Assembly: GCA_963771155.1 (NCBI GenBank)
Contig: CAVYSK010000012.1
Location: 203,504 to 267,503 of the forward strand
DNA from: an uncultured Chloroflexia bacterium
Lineage (GTDB): Bacteria; Chloroflexota; Limnocylindria; QHBO01
Direction: 5' to 3'
Length of the DNA stretch: 64,000 nucleotides
The notes under the pieces are model-generated. The model was given only the letters and a program-made list of their open reading frames with translations. It searched no databases and was not told where the DNA came from. Of this stretch, positions 8,556-18,791 are shown piece by piece (position 1 is the stretch's first letter; the number at the start of each line of letters is the position of its first letter). The position numbers and the translations under genes were made by a program.

Positions 8556-10112
8556 CTATGGATCGATGGTGAGGACTGCGTGGAATTCGATCTGATCATC
8601 TCGGGACGGCACGGTCATACCCGCGGTCCCGACCTGGAGAAGGATATCGCGCGCGTCACCGGGTAGCTCGGCGGGCTCCCCAAGCATCTCGATCGCGGCG
8701 CCGACGTCGACGTAGGCTTCGGTGCCGGCGCGCGTGCCGGCGACCTCGAACGTGCGGGTGTAACGCTCGCTGGTGCCGAGCGACTCGCCGCTCGCGTGCG
8801 CCTCGATCGAGGCCACGACGTCCTCGACGCCGAGCCCGATGATGATGATGCCGTCGACCACCCCATATGCCACCTCCCCGGTCTCCGGGATCGTGAGCAC
8901 GGTGAGTTCCGCGTCGGCAGCGGTCACCGTCGCACGGGTCGCACCAGCATCGACGAGCGCTTCCGCCAGACGGTCCAGCGCCACGCCGGCGACCTCCGGC
9001 TCGGCGGGGCGCAGGAGGAGCTGGCCGGACGGCAGCGCTCCGTCGAACCCGCTCACCGCGACCGCGACCTCGCGATCGAGGAGAGGAAGCACGTCCGCAT
9101 CGAGGTCGATCCCCAGCCCGAGGGCCGCGAGCGCGCGCACCGTGTCGAGGGCGCTGCCGATCTCGCCGGCCTCCGGGGTCGCGCCGATCGCGGCCTCCGC
9201 CTCCTCGAGCGTCGTCGCCAGGCCAAAGACGACGGCTTCGGCCACCGTGTCGGCCGGCATCCAGTCGACGAGGCTGCTCGGCTCTCCCCCCAGCGCGAAG
9301 CCGGCGGCGGCCGAGGCAGCTGCCGCCTCGGAGTCGAACGGTGCGCTCGCGCTCAGGCGAAGGCCGTCCGGCTCCGCAACCAGCACCGCTCCGGCCGTGC
9401 TGACCGCGCTCAGCTGATCCTCGAGCCCGGCCGCCGCGCCAAGTGCGGTGAGGTCGATGTACGCCGATGCCAGGTGGTCCGGCTCCAGTGCCTCCATGGT
9501 GGCGACGAAGCCGGCCTGGTCCGCGAGGCTCTCGGCCCCGCGATCGACGTCGATGACGTCGCGAACGGCTTCGGGGGCCTGCCCTACCACGAGCATGTCA
9601 CCCACGAACGCGTAGGTGGCCGCCTCGGAGACCTGGAGCTCGACGCCCTCATACGTTTCCGACTGAAACGCGACCCCGCTGCCCGCGACGATCTCGGCCA
9701 CGGCGGCCTCCGCCGCGTCGAGGTCCTTGACGTCCGCGATGACCACCGGAACGGGCTCGGTCAGCTCCTCGCCCGGGCTGCCCGCCACGGCCACCTGACT
9801 ACCCAGCCACGGCTTGATCTGCTCCCGATAGTCAATGCCGGTCTCGGACAGCAGGTTCTGCACGACCTGGTCAACCTTCTCGTCGAGGCTGGCGTCATCG
9901 GCGAAGCCGGGCAGCCTCCCGATCAGCTCGGACAGGTTCATCTGCTGGCCGGTCGACGGCTGCAGGTAGACGTTGAGATAGAACGCGCTGTCCGCCGGAG
10001 CCAGGGCGGCGGCGCGGTCGGTGGCGGCGGAGAAGAGGAGGAAATAGCCGGCAACGAAGGCGCCCGCAGTGAGTCCGATGAGGGTGACGGACGCGATGAC
10101 GAGCCGATGCAT
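8556..10112 (-). CDS. Membrane-anchored protein of unknown function, DUF3352-like
   Basis: 518-aa ORF with an N-terminal TM helix (VIASVTLIGLTAGAFVAGYFLLF) followed by ADSAFYLNVYLQPS...IKPWLGSQVAVA, which I recall as typical of DUF3352 proteins. The family call is from memory only. Confidence 0.6.
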   Translation of the reverse strand: MHRLVIASVTLIGLTAGAFVAGYFLLFSAATDRAAALAPADSAFYLNVYLQPSTGQQMNLSELIGRLPGFADDASLDEKVDQVVQNLLSETGIDYREQIKPWLGSQVAVAGSPGEELTEPVPVVIADVKDLDAAEAAVAEIVAGSGVAFQSETYEGVELQVSEAATYAFVGDMLVVGQAPEAVRDVIDVDRGAESLADQAGFVATMEALEPDHLASAYIDLTALGAAAGLEDQLSAVSTAGAVLVAEPDGLRLSASAPFDSEAAAASAAAGFALGGEPSSLVDWMPADTVAEAVVFGLATTLEEAEAAIGATPEAGEIGSALDTVRALAALGLGIDLDADVLPLLDREVAVAVSGFDGALPSGQLLLRPAEPEVAGVALDRLAEALVDAGATRATVTAADAELTVLTIPETGEVAYGVVDGIIIIGLGVEDVVASIEAHASGESLGTSERYTRTFEVAGTRAGTEAYVDVGAAIEMLGEPAELPGDARDILLQVGTAGMTVPSRDDQIEFHAVLTIDP

Positions 10113-10115
10113 TCG

Positions 10116-11453
10116 CTAGCGCCCGAGAAGGGCGCCGAGTCCCCCACCCATGCGCGGCAGCTTCCCGCCGCTGAACATCTTCATCATCTTCTGCATCTCG
10201 ACGAACTGCTTCAGCAGCCGATTCACGTCGGCCGTCGTCGTGCCGCTGCCCAGTGCGATGCGCCGGCGTCGACTGGCCTTGATGATGTCGGGTCGACGCC
10301 GCTCCTCCGGGGTCATCGAGTCGATGATCGCCTCGATGCGCTTCATCTCGCCCGAGTCGACGGCCTCCTGTGCGGCGCCGGCCATCTGGCCCGCGCCGGG
10401 GACCATCTGCAGGAGCTGGCCGATCGGCCCCATCTTCTTGATCTGGTCGAGCTGGCTGCGGAAGTCCTCGAGCGTGAAGCGGTTCTCCATGAGCCGCTTC
10501 GCGGTCTCCTCGGCCTCCGCCTGGTCGACGTTCTCCTGGACGCGCTCCACGAACGACAGCACGTCGCCCATGCCGAGGATGCGCTGTGCGAGCCGGTCTG
10601 GATGGAACGGCTCGAGCCCGTCGGTGCGCTCGCCGGTGCCGAGAAACGCGATCGGCAGACCGGTCGCCGCGCGGATGCTGAGCGCCGCGCCGCCGCGCGC
10701 GTCGCCGTCCATCTTGGTCAAGACGAGCCCGGTGATCGGCAGGCGGGCGTGGAAGGCATCGGCCACGCGGACCGACTCCTGGCCGGTCATCGCGTCGACC
10801 ACGAGCAGCGTCTCGGAGGGGGTCACCGCGCCGGTGATCCGGACGAGCTCGTCCATCATCGCATCGTCGACGTGGAGCCGGCCGGCGGTGTCGACGATCA
10901 TCACGTCGACGCCCCGCTGACGGGCCACCTCGAGGCCGGAGCGAGCCACCTCCAGCGCGGGCGTGCCGACCGAGCGAGTGTGCACCTCGATCCCGATCTG
11001 GTCGCCGAGCTGGACGAGCTGGTCGACGGCCGCGGGTCGGTAGACGTCCGCGGCGACGAGGAGCGGCTTCTTGCCATCCTTGCGTAGCCGGGTCGCAAGC
11101 TTCGCGGTGGTCGTCGTCTTTCCCGAGCCCTGGAGGCCGACCATCATCAGGACCGACGGACGGGCGTCGAGCTGCAGGTGGTGGCGGGTCCCACCCAGGA
11201 CCGCCACGAGCTCGTCGTGGACGATCTTCACGATCTGCTGGCCGGGATTCACACCCTGCAGCACGTCGACACCGACCGCCTGCTCGCGGACGCGTGCGAC
11301 GAAGTCCTTGACGACCTTGAAGTTGACGTCGGCCTCGAGCAGGGCCAACCGGATTTCGCGCAGGGCGACGTCCAGGTCGGCCTCGGTAATCCGGGCCTTG
11401 CCACGCAGGCGCTGCGTGACGTCCTGCAGGCGCGACGAGAGAGATTCGAACAT
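10116..11453 (-). CDS. ffh: Signal recognition particle protein Ffh
   Basis: 445-aa ORF with an NG domain (GLQGSGKTTTTAKLA, DTAGRL, LTKMDGDARGG) and a Met-rich M domain. Confidence 0.97.
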   Translation of the reverse strand: MFESLSSRLQDVTQRLRGKARITEADLDVALREIRLALLEADVNFKVVKDFVARVREQAVGVDVLQGVNPGQQIVKIVHDELVAVLGGTRHHLQLDARPSVLMMVGLQGSGKTTTTAKLATRLRKDGKKPLLVAADVYRPAAVDQLVQLGDQIGIEVHTRSVGTPALEVARSGLEVARQRGVDVMIVDTAGRLHVDDAMMDELVRITGAVTPSETLLVVDAMTGQESVRVADAFHARLPITGLVLTKMDGDARGGAALSIRAATGLPIAFLGTGERTDGLEPFHPDRLAQRILGMGDVLSFVERVQENVDQAEAEETAKRLMENRFTLEDFRSQLDQIKKMGPIGQLLQMVPGAGQMAGAAQEAVDSGEMKRIEAIIDSMTPEERRRPDIIKASRRRRIALGSGTTTADVNRLLKQFVEMQKMMKMFSGGKLPRMGGGLGALLGR

Positions 11454-11543
11454 CGAAGAACCGATACGGGGGTCAGGGCCGATGCGGGGGCACCGGCAAA
11501 CGGCTGCCCATTCTAGGGGCCGAGCGCCGAGGCGGCAACGGAG

Positions 11544-12542
11544 CTAGCCGGCGAACAGCCACTCGACGTACGCGTCCGGGTCGAACGGCGCCAGATCGTC
11601 GATCTCCTCGCCGACGCCGGCGAAGACGATCGGCACGCCCAGCCGATCCGCGACGGCGATCGCCACGCCACCCTTCGCCGTGCCGTCGAGCTTGGAGAGC
11701 ACGATGCCCGTGACCCCCGCTTCGCGGCTGAACGCCTCGGCCTGGAGGAGCCCGTTCTGGCCGGTGGTGGCATCCAGCACGAGCAGGACGTGACGCGGCT
11801 GCCCGGGGAGGCGTCGCTCGATCACGCGTCGGATCTTCGCGAGCTCATCCATCAGCTGCTGCTTGTTCTGGAGTCGCCCCGCCGTGTCCACGAGCACCGC
11901 GTCCAGGTTCCGCGACTCGGCAGCGGCGACGGCGTCGAACGCCACGGCCCCGGGATCGGCGCCGGCGCGCTGGGCGATGACGGGCACGCCGAGCTGCTCC
12001 CCCCAGATGCGAAGCTGCTCGATGGCTGCCGCCCGGAAGGTGTCGGCAGCCGCCAGCGCCACCGTCTTTCCGTCGGCGCCGAGCCGACGGGCGAGCTTCG
12101 CGATCGTCGTCGTCTTGCCCGTGCCGTTCACCCCGACGAAGAGGACTACCGCCGGAGCCTCGCCGAGGTCGAACGCGCCGGAGCCGACCCGCGCCAGGCG
12201 GTCGCGGACTTCGGTGGCCAGGGCCCGGCGCACGTCGTCCCCGGTCCGTCCTCCCTCACGCCCGAATCGCTCGCGGGCCGCGTCGACCAGGTCCAGGGTC
12301 GTGGTCGCCCCGACGTCGGCGCCGATCAGCACCTCCTCGACCTCGTCCCAGGTGAGGTCGGTCGCCGCGCTCCCGGCGCCAAGGATCGAGCGCAGCCGCG
12401 CGCCGATGCCGGACGGTCGGGCGCGAAGTCCCATCCCGGACGGCTCGCGCTTGGGTCGGGCGACCGTCATCGGCGGCGCCGGCTGCCCATCCGGATCCGG
12501 CGGTGGCGGAGGAGCCGGCGCGTCGCGTCGGCGACGGAACAC
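11544..12542 (-). CDS. ftsY: SRP receptor FtsY
   Basis: 332-aa ORF with GVNGTGKTTTIAKLA, DTAGRLQNK and LSKLDGTAKGG. Confidence 0.95.
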   Translation of the reverse strand: MFRRRRDAPAPPPPPDPDGQPAPPMTVARPKREPSGMGLRARPSGIGARLRSILGAGSAATDLTWDEVEEVLIGADVGATTTLDLVDAARERFGREGGRTGDDVRRALATEVRDRLARVGSGAFDLGEAPAVVLFVGVNGTGKTTTIAKLARRLGADGKTVALAAADTFRAAAIEQLRIWGEQLGVPVIAQRAGADPGAVAFDAVAAAESRNLDAVLVDTAGRLQNKQQLMDELAKIRRVIERRLPGQPRHVLLVLDATTGQNGLLQAEAFSREAGVTGIVLSKLDGTAKGGVAIAVADRLGVPIVFAGVGEEIDDLAPFDPDAYVEWLFAG

Positions 12543-15500
12543 TAGGCGCTCACCTCCGCCGGCAGGTCGGCGAGGCGCAGCGACAGGACGCGGCTGACGG
12601 CGGCATCGGTCATCGTGACGCCGTAGATCGTATCGGCCACCTCGATCGTGGCTCTGTTGTGAGTGATGACGACGAAGTCGATCGACTCGCTGAGCTTGCG
12701 GAGCGCGTCCGCGAAGCGGCCGATATTCGCTTCGTCCAGGGCCGCGTCCACCTCGTCGAGAATGCAGAACGGAACGGGATTCACCGTCAGCATCGCGAAC
12801 AGCAGCGCGACGCCGGTCAGCGCACGCTCTCCACCCGACAGCATCGCCAACCGTTGGAGGCGTTTCCCGGGGGGCCGCACCACGATCTCGATGCCGCCCG
12901 GCGCATCGCCATCGGCCTCGTCGGCCATCTGGAGCGAGCCGGAGCCGCCCGCGAACAGGAGCTGGCAGAACTCGTCGAAGCGCTCCGCGATGGCGCGGAA
13001 GGCGGTGTCGAACTGCTCGGCGATCTCCGCATCGAGCCGGGCCATCAGCTCCTCAGTCGACGCGATCGCAGCTCGCAGGTCCGCCTCCTGGCCGCTCATC
13101 TCCTCGAGCCGCGTGCTCAGCTCGCGATGCTCCTCCACCGCGAAGGGGTTTACCGAACCGATCTGCGACAGCATCCGGCGAGCACGACGAAGCTCGTTCT
13201 CGAGCTCCTCGTCACCCAGCGCGTCGATCTCGTCGGTCGGGATCTCGATCTCCGATGCCGGCAGCCCGTCCAGCGCGAGCTCTCGCTCCCGGCCCAATGC
13301 CGCCAGCGACTCGTCACGTCGGGATGCCTCGATGGCCGTGGACTGCGCGGCGCGCTCGAGCTCGCCGAGGCGCGACGATGTGCCTCCCTGGGCGCGCTCC
13401 AGGTCGAGCAGCTCGCTCCGTCGTTCCCCACGGGCAACCTCGGCCGATACGTGGGTCGCCTCCGCGCCGGCATCCGCCTCGCGTGCCGCCTGCAGCTCGT
13501 CGGCCAGCCGGTCGCGCTCGCCCGTCTGCTCCTGCCTGGCCCGTATGCGTTCGGGGAGCGAGGCCTCCAGCTGCGCGACCCTGGCCTCGGCCACCGCGCG
13601 CTCTCGCCGCCGGTCGGAGATCCGCGTCTCCGCCAGCTCGGCGGCGCCCCGGGTCGTGCTCCAGCGCTCACGGGCGGCGTCGCGCTCGGCAGCGCGCGCG
13701 TCCCGCCGCTCCCGGGCAGCATCGGCGGCCCGCTGCAGCTCGGCGAGCTCATCGGATGCCGGGGTCGGCGCCGGCGCCGCCTTCGCGCCCGCGAGCTCGT
13801 CGCGCAGCTGTGAACCCTCGACGTCGAGCTGTTCGACCCGCTCGCCCGCGCGGCGGGCGCGATCGCCGGCAGCCTCGAGCTCCGCGCGGGCACGCCGCCG
13901 CGCCAGGTCCGCCTCGTCGTGCCCGTCCGCGGCCGCGAGATGGGCGTCCCGTCCAGCACGCAGCCGCTCGGTGGCGGCATGCGCGGCCGTTTGGGCGTCG
14001 GCGAGCTCGCGCTCGATGCTGGCCGTCGCATCGGCCAGGTCGCGTCTCCGCGCATGCGCACGGACCGCTGCCCCACCGGGCGGGTCGGCGCGGCCGCGGA
14101 GGGTCACGATCCCGCGGCCGTCAGCCAGGTCACCGGCAGCCGTCACGGCGCTCCAGCCGGCCGGGAGGGACCGCCATCCGGCGAGCAGCGCATCGAGGTC
14201 GCGGGCGACTGCCGTCCGGTGGAATGCGAGCGGCGTCTCCGCAGCGCCGACCCATTCGGCCAGGGTGCGCTCCGCTTCGACCGCGGCCAGCGCGGCCGCG
14301 CGACCGTCGCCATCGGCGTCACCGGCAGGCGCCAGGAGCCAGGCCGCTCCGCGTGCGCCGCTCAGCTGGCCGGTCGGATCGTCGTTGGCGGCCCACAGCA
14401 GAGCGCCTTCGAGCTCGCCACCGACCACCGCCTCGATGGCCGGCCACGCGTCCTCCGGCGCGGCGACCGCGTCCAGCAGCGTCGGCCAGCCTGCGCTCGC
14501 CAGCCGCGTCCCGAGGCGCGACGCCGCATCGTGGGGCTCGGCCAGGGCTTCGAGCTCGGCTCGCGTGGCGCGCAGACGCTCCGTGAGCGATATGACGAGT
14601 GGCTGCGCGCCGTCGACGGCCGCCTGGGCTGCGTCGCGCTCCTCGACCGCGGCCTGGAGGCTCGCGGCGGACGCGGCAACGCGGGCATCGGCGACCTCGA
14701 CGTCGGCGAGCGCGCGCCGCTGATCTTCCGCGGCGGACTCGCGCTCGGATTGTGCGGTGCGGATCTCGTCGTCGAGCTGTTCGCGCCGAGTGGCGCGGCG
14801 CGCCGCCTCCTCGCCCGCTCGGGCGGCCGTGGCGATGCGGTCCGCGTCGCGGGCGCGGACCGCCGCGGTCGCTTCCTCGGCGGCGAGCAGGGCGTCGTCG
14901 GCTTCTGCCAGTGCGGCGACCGCGATCCGCCAGCTCTCCTCCGCGGCGGCTGCGGCCTGGAGGGCCGGCGCCACGGCGGCGTCGGCGGTGCCATCGTCGA
15001 GGGACGCGACCAGCGCCCGGGCATCGCCGAGCTCGGCGGTCTCGCTCTCGAGGGCGGTCGCCAGGTCACGGAGTCGAGTTTCGTGCGCCTCCAGCCGGCT
15101 CTCGGCTCGGATCACCACCGCTCGCGTTTCGTCTCGCGCGCGAGCCGCGGCGCGAGCCGCCTCCTCCGCCTCCCAGTAGCGACCCTCCGCAATGGTCAGC
15201 GCCTCTCGTCCGGCGTCCTGGGATGCGCGGAAGGCCTCGAGCGCCGCCTCTGCCGCCGCGGCCGCCCGGCGAGCCTCGCCGAGTGCGGCCCGGGCCTCCT
15301 GCTCACGGCGCCGGTGCGATGCGGTCACGAGCGCCCGCGCTCGTGCTCCGAGCGTGTCGTGCTGCTGCTGGTGCTCTGCCTGGAGGGCTAGACGGCGCAC
15401 CTGGGGCTTGAGCTCGCCGACGATATCGGTGACCCGCGACAGATTGTCGAGCGCCCGGGCGAGCCGGACCGACGACTCGTTGCGCTTCACCTGCAGGCCC

Positions 15501-16006
15501 TTGACCCCGGCGGCCTCCTCGAAGAGCTGGCGCCGTTCCTCCGGGCGCAGCGAGAGGGCCGCGTCCACCGTGCCCTGGCCCACGACCACCAGCTCATTCG
15601 CCCCGAGCCGGCCCTCACCGAGCAGCCCGACCACGTCGCGCAGCCGCGCGCGCGCTCCATTGATGAGGTACTCGCTCTCACCGGACCGATATGACCGACG
15701 CCCGATGCTGACCTCGGCGAATTCGATCGGCAGCCAGCCGTCACCGTTGTCGAGCGTGAGGACCGCCTCGGCCATTCCCTGCGGCTTTCGCTGCTCGGAG
15801 CCGGCGAAGATCACGTCGTCCGACCGCCGCGTCCGCAGAGACCGGTTCGACTGCTCGCCGAGGACCCAGCGGATCGCATCGGCCATGTTGCTCTTGCCCG
15901 AGCCGTTCGGGCCGATCACCGCGTTGACGCCCGGCTCGAACACGAACCGCGTCTGATCGGCAAACGACTTGAACCCGTGGAGGCGTAGCTCCTTGAGGCG
16001 GCTCAT
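12542..16006 (-). CDS. smc: Chromosome segregation protein SMC
   Basis: 1154-aa ORF with an N-terminal Walker A (GPNGSGKSNMADAIRWVLGEQS), long Ala/Glu/Arg coiled coils, a hinge, and a C-terminal LSGGERALTGVALLFA...ILDEVDAALD. Confidence 0.96.
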   Translation of the reverse strand: MSRLKELRLHGFKSFADQTRFVFEPGVNAVIGPNGSGKSNMADAIRWVLGEQSNRSLRTRRSDDVIFAGSEQRKPQGMAEAVLTLDNGDGWLPIEFAEVSIGRRSYRSGESEYLINGARARLRDVVGLLGEGRLGANELVVVGQGTVDAALSLRPEERRQLFEEAAGVKGLQVKRNESSVRLARALDNLSRVTDIVGELKPQVRRLALQAEHQQQHDTLGARARALVTASHRRREQEARAALGEARRAAAAAEAALEAFRASQDAGREALTIAEGRYWEAEEAARAAARARDETRAVVIRAESRLEAHETRLRDLATALESETAELGDARALVASLDDGTADAAVAPALQAAAAAEESWRIAVAALAEADDALLAAEEATAAVRARDADRIATAARAGEEAARRATRREQLDDEIRTAQSERESAAEDQRRALADVEVADARVAASAASLQAAVEERDAAQAAVDGAQPLVISLTERLRATRAELEALAEPHDAASRLGTRLASAGWPTLLDAVAAPEDAWPAIEAVVGGELEGALLWAANDDPTGQLSGARGAAWLLAPAGDADGDGRAAALAAVEAERTLAEWVGAAETPLAFHRTAVARDLDALLAGWRSLPAGWSAVTAAGDLADGRGIVTLRGRADPPGGAAVRAHARRRDLADATASIERELADAQTAAHAATERLRAGRDAHLAAADGHDEADLARRRARAELEAAGDRARRAGERVEQLDVEGSQLRDELAGAKAAPAPTPASDELAELQRAADAARERRDARAAERDAARERWSTTRGAAELAETRISDRRRERAVAEARVAQLEASLPERIRARQEQTGERDRLADELQAAREADAGAEATHVSAEVARGERRSELLDLERAQGGTSSRLGELERAAQSTAIEASRRDESLAALGRERELALDGLPASEIEIPTDEIDALGDEELENELRRARRMLSQIGSVNPFAVEEHRELSTRLEEMSGQEADLRAAIASTEELMARLDAEIAEQFDTAFRAIAERFDEFCQLLFAGGSGSLQMADEADGDAPGGIEIVVRPPGKRLQRLAMLSGGERALTGVALLFAMLTVNPVPFCILDEVDAALDEANIGRFADALRKLSESIDFVVITHNRATIEVADTIYGVTMTDAAVSRVLSLRLADLPAEVSA

Positions 16007-16743
16007 AGGGCATTCACCGGCGGACCGCCCTCCTCCTGGAGCGAGGCCAGGGCCGCTACCGCGGCCTGCTCCTCGGCGCGCTGGCGACTCGAGCCATCGC
16101 CGCTCGCGATCACCCGGCCGTCGAGCTGGACGGCAACCTCGAACTGCTGCTCATGGGGTGGACCGCTGGTCCGCACGACCTGGTAGACGGGCTTCAAGCC
16201 GAGGTGACGCTGCGTCCATTCCTGGAGGCGGGACTTGGCGGCCTTCGGGGGTCCGTCTACCTCCGCGAGTGCCTCGAGCCTCGACTCGAAGAGCCTGGTC
16301 AGCACGTCGTCGGTGCGGTCCTGTCCCTCGGTCAGCGAGAGCGCCCCGGCAAGCGCCTCGAAGGATGCGGCCAGCAGCGAGGGGCGCGTCGCGCCGCCGG
16401 CTTCGGCTTCTCCCCGGCCGAGAAGGAGATGCCCATCGAGCCCGAGCGTGAGCGCCATGGCAGCGAGAGCGTCACGGTTCACGAGGGCGGCGCGGCGAGC
16501 GGTCAGGAAGCCCTCGTCCTCGTCTGGGTAGCGCTCGTAGAGGAGACGGCTGACGGCGACCCCGATGACGGCGTCGCCGTAGAACTCGAGGCGCTCATTG
16601 TGCCCGCTGACGAGCGTTGGGTTCTCGTTCGAGTAGGAGCTGTGGACGAAGGCCCGGCTGATCAGCTCCGGGTCGCGCAGGACGATGCCAAGTCGTTCGC
16701 CCAGCTCGTCCAGAGAGCCAGCACCCGGGTGGCCGTCGTCCAT
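16003..16743 (-). CDS. rnc: Ribonuclease III
   Basis: Internal ATG at 16743 lies 11 nt after the acpP stop. Contains FVHSSYSNE...NERLEFYGDAV (RNase III signature) and a C-terminal dsRBD. Confidence 0.93.
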   Translation of the reverse strand: MDDGHPGAGSLDELGERLGIVLRDPELISRAFVHSSYSNENPTLVSGHNERLEFYGDAVIGVAVSRLLYERYPDEDEGFLTARRAALVNRDALAAMALTLGLDGHLLLGRGEAEAGGATRPSLLAASFEALAGALSLTEGQDRTDDVLTRLFESRLEALAEVDGPPKAAKSRLQEWTQRHLGLKPVYQVVRTSGPPHEQQFEVAVQLDGRVIASGDGSSRQRAEEQAAVAALASLQEEGGPPVNAL

Positions 16744-16756
16744 GGGCGGGACCTGC

Positions 16757-16999
16757 CTACTGCTGGTGCTCCTCGATGTACTCGACGGCGTCGGAGACCT
16801 TCTGGATCCGCTCGGCATCCTCGTCCGAGATCTCCATCCCGAACTCTTCCTCGAGGCTCATGATGAGCTCCACCAGGTCGAGGGAATCGGCGTTGAGGTC
16901 CTCGACGAACGAGGCTGTGGGCGTCACCTCTTCCTCGTCGACACCGAGCTGTTCGACGATGATCTTCTTGAGGCGATCGTACGTGGTCCCGTCGGTCAC
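16757..16999 (-). CDS. acpP: Acyl carrier protein (alternative start GTG at 17017)
   Basis: [19 protein letters not shown]...[20 protein letters not shown] contains the phosphopantetheine Ser motif DSLD. GTG at 16999 lies 9 nt after GGAGGAG and 4 nt after the nusB stop. Confidence 0.9.
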   Translation of the reverse strand: MTDGTTYDRLKKIIVEQLGVDEEEVTPTASFVEDLNADSLDLVELIMSLEEEFGMEISDEDAERIQKVSDAVEYIEEHQQ

Positions 17000-17003
17000 G
17001 AAT

Positions 17004-17447
17004 TCAGGCTCCTCCACCCGATCTGGAAACGCTTCCTAGCACGCCATTGACAAGGCGTCGCGCTGCGTCGCCGGCGTAGATCCGGGCGAGGGATACGGCG
17101 TCACGCATCGGCTCCCCGCTCGGGGTCGCGGCGGAGTATAGCATTTCGTACAGGGCACTCCGGAGGATCGCACGCTCCACGCGACCGAGCTCCGGCACCG
17201 GGATGAGCGGCGCCTCGGCAGCGATCCTGGCGTCGAGCTCGGCCCGATGCGCAGAGGCCCCCGCGACGATGTCGGCCGCGTGGGCGCGCACCTCGTCCGC
17301 CACGTCCCGCTCGACCGCCATGCGGTCCAGCGCCGCGCGGCCGCTGCCCGGCCGGAACTCGTCCTCGAACAGGGCCAACAGGGCGATCCGGCGCGCCAGG
17401 AGACCGGCCGACGCGGGACGGGCGGCGCGCCGCGATGCAGCCGGCAC
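17004..17447 (-). CDS. nusB: Transcription antitermination factor NusB-like
   Basis: [11 protein letters not shown]...[10 protein letters not shown]...[18 protein letters not shown]...[25 protein letters not shown] follows the NusB pattern. GTG at 17447 is 1 nt after the plsX stop. The track ORF start at 17492 would overlap plsX by 44 nt. Confidence 0.8.
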   Translation of the reverse strand: MPAASRRAARPASAGLLARRIALLALFEDEFRPGSGRAALDRMAVERDVADEVRAHAADIVAGASAHRAELDARIAAEAPLIPVPELGRVERAILRSALYEMLYSAATPSGEPMRDAVSLARIYAGDAARRLVNGVLGSVSRSGGGA

Positions 17448-17448
17448 G

Positions 17449-18504
17449 TCAGGCCCGCTCGCGGGAGAGGCGCGCCGCGAGCCTCGAGGCAACGCCGCGG
17501 TGCGCGAGGGCCGGATGCTCGCGGGTCCACTCGGCGATCAGCTCGGGCACCCGCGCATGCGCCGACTCCGAGGCCACGCGGATCGCGTTCTCGATCATCC
17601 GGGCCTTGGCCCGGCCGTGCGTCACGATGCTCACGCCCTTCACGCCCAGCAGTGGGGCGCCGCCGTAGCGCTCGTAGTCGAAGCGCGCCTTCATCCGATC
17701 GAACCCCGGCTTGAGGGCCAGCAGCGCCAGCGGCGCGATCGGTCCCTGCTGAAGGTCTTCCCGCAGCGCACGGAAGATGAAGCTGGTGATGCCCTCGAAG
17801 AACTTGATGACCACGTTCCCGACGAATCCGTCGCACACGACCACGTCGGCGCGGTGAGCGATGGCATCGTGGGCCTCCACGTTGCCGACGAAGTGGAGGT
17901 CCGCATCGGACAGCTTGTCGTAGGCTTCGCGGGCCATCGCATGGCCCTTCTCGCTCTCCTCGCCGATGTTGAGCAGGCCGATGCGCGGGTTGTCGACGTG
18001 GAGCACGTGCTCGGCGAAGATCGCGCCCATCGCGGCGAACTGCACGAGGTTTTCCGCGTCGGAGTCGACGTTGGCTCCGACGTCGAGCAGCATGACCGGC
18101 CCCGTGGGGGTGATCATGTGCGCCGGCAGGGCCGGGCGGTCGATCCCATCGATGCGCCCCAGGCGGAACACCGCGGCCGCCATCGTCGCGCCCGTGGATC
18201 CAGCGCTGATGACCGCATCGGCGTCTCCCTCGCGAACGAGGTTTGTCGCGACGACGATCGACGCGCGACGCTTGCTGCGCAGCGCCGTGGCAGGGTGCTC
18301 CCCCATCCCGATCACCTCGGGGGCATCAACGAGGCGGACGTTCGGCGGGTGGCCCTTGCCGTACGTGTCGATCTCGCGCTCGAGGCGCGGCACGTCACCG
18401 ACAAGGAGCACCTCGTCGGTGCTGGACGTGGCGTAGTCGACGGCGCCGCGGACGATCTCGCGAGGGGCGTGGTCGCCACCCATCGCGTCGACCGCGATCC
18501 GCAT
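17449..18504 (-). CDS. plsX: Phosphate acyltransferase PlsX
   Basis: Internal ATG at 18504 gives MRIAVDAMGGDHAPREIV. Also contains ISAGSTGA and VCDGFVGNVVIKF. It starts 5 nt after the rpmF stop. Confidence 0.94.
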   Translation of the reverse strand: MRIAVDAMGGDHAPREIVRGAVDYATSSTDEVLLVGDVPRLEREIDTYGKGHPPNVRLVDAPEVIGMGEHPATALRSKRRASIVVATNLVREGDADAVISAGSTGATMAAAVFRLGRIDGIDRPALPAHMITPTGPVMLLDVGANVDSDAENLVQFAAMGAIFAEHVLHVDNPRIGLLNIGEESEKGHAMAREAYDKLSDADLHFVGNVEAHDAIAHRADVVVCDGFVGNVVIKFFEGITSFIFRALREDLQQGPIAPLALLALKPGFDRMKARFDYERYGGAPLLGVKGVSIVTHGRAKARMIENAIRVASESAHARVPELIAEWTREHPALAHRGVASRLAARLSRERA

Positions 18505-18509
18505 CGGCG

Positions 18510-18713
18510 TTAGCGCTGGCCTTCGACCGGCGTGACCGGCTCGATCGTCACCACCTCGCGACCGCCGTACCAGCCGCAGGTCGGGCAGACATGATGCGCG
18601 CGCTTGAGCTCGTGACAGTGCTCGCACTCGACGAGCGGCGGCGCGCTGATGGCGAGGTGCGCGCGGCGCTCACCCTGGCGTGCCTTGGATACCTTTCGCT
18701 TGGGAACGCCCAC
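18510..18713 (-). CDS. rpmF: 50S ribosomal protein L32
   Basis: 67-aa ORF beginning MGVPKRKVSKARQGERRAH, with CxxC...CxxC zinc-ribbon cysteines. Confidence 0.95.
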   Translation of the reverse strand: MGVPKRKVSKARQGERRAHLAISAPPLVECEHCHELKRAHHVCPTCGWYGGREVVTIEPVTPVEGQR

Positions 18714-18791
18714 GCGGAACTCCTTGACCGATGACGACGGGGACGCCGCAGTATAGCCGGACCCGTGTTGCCGGGCGAATCGCTGATCGAG

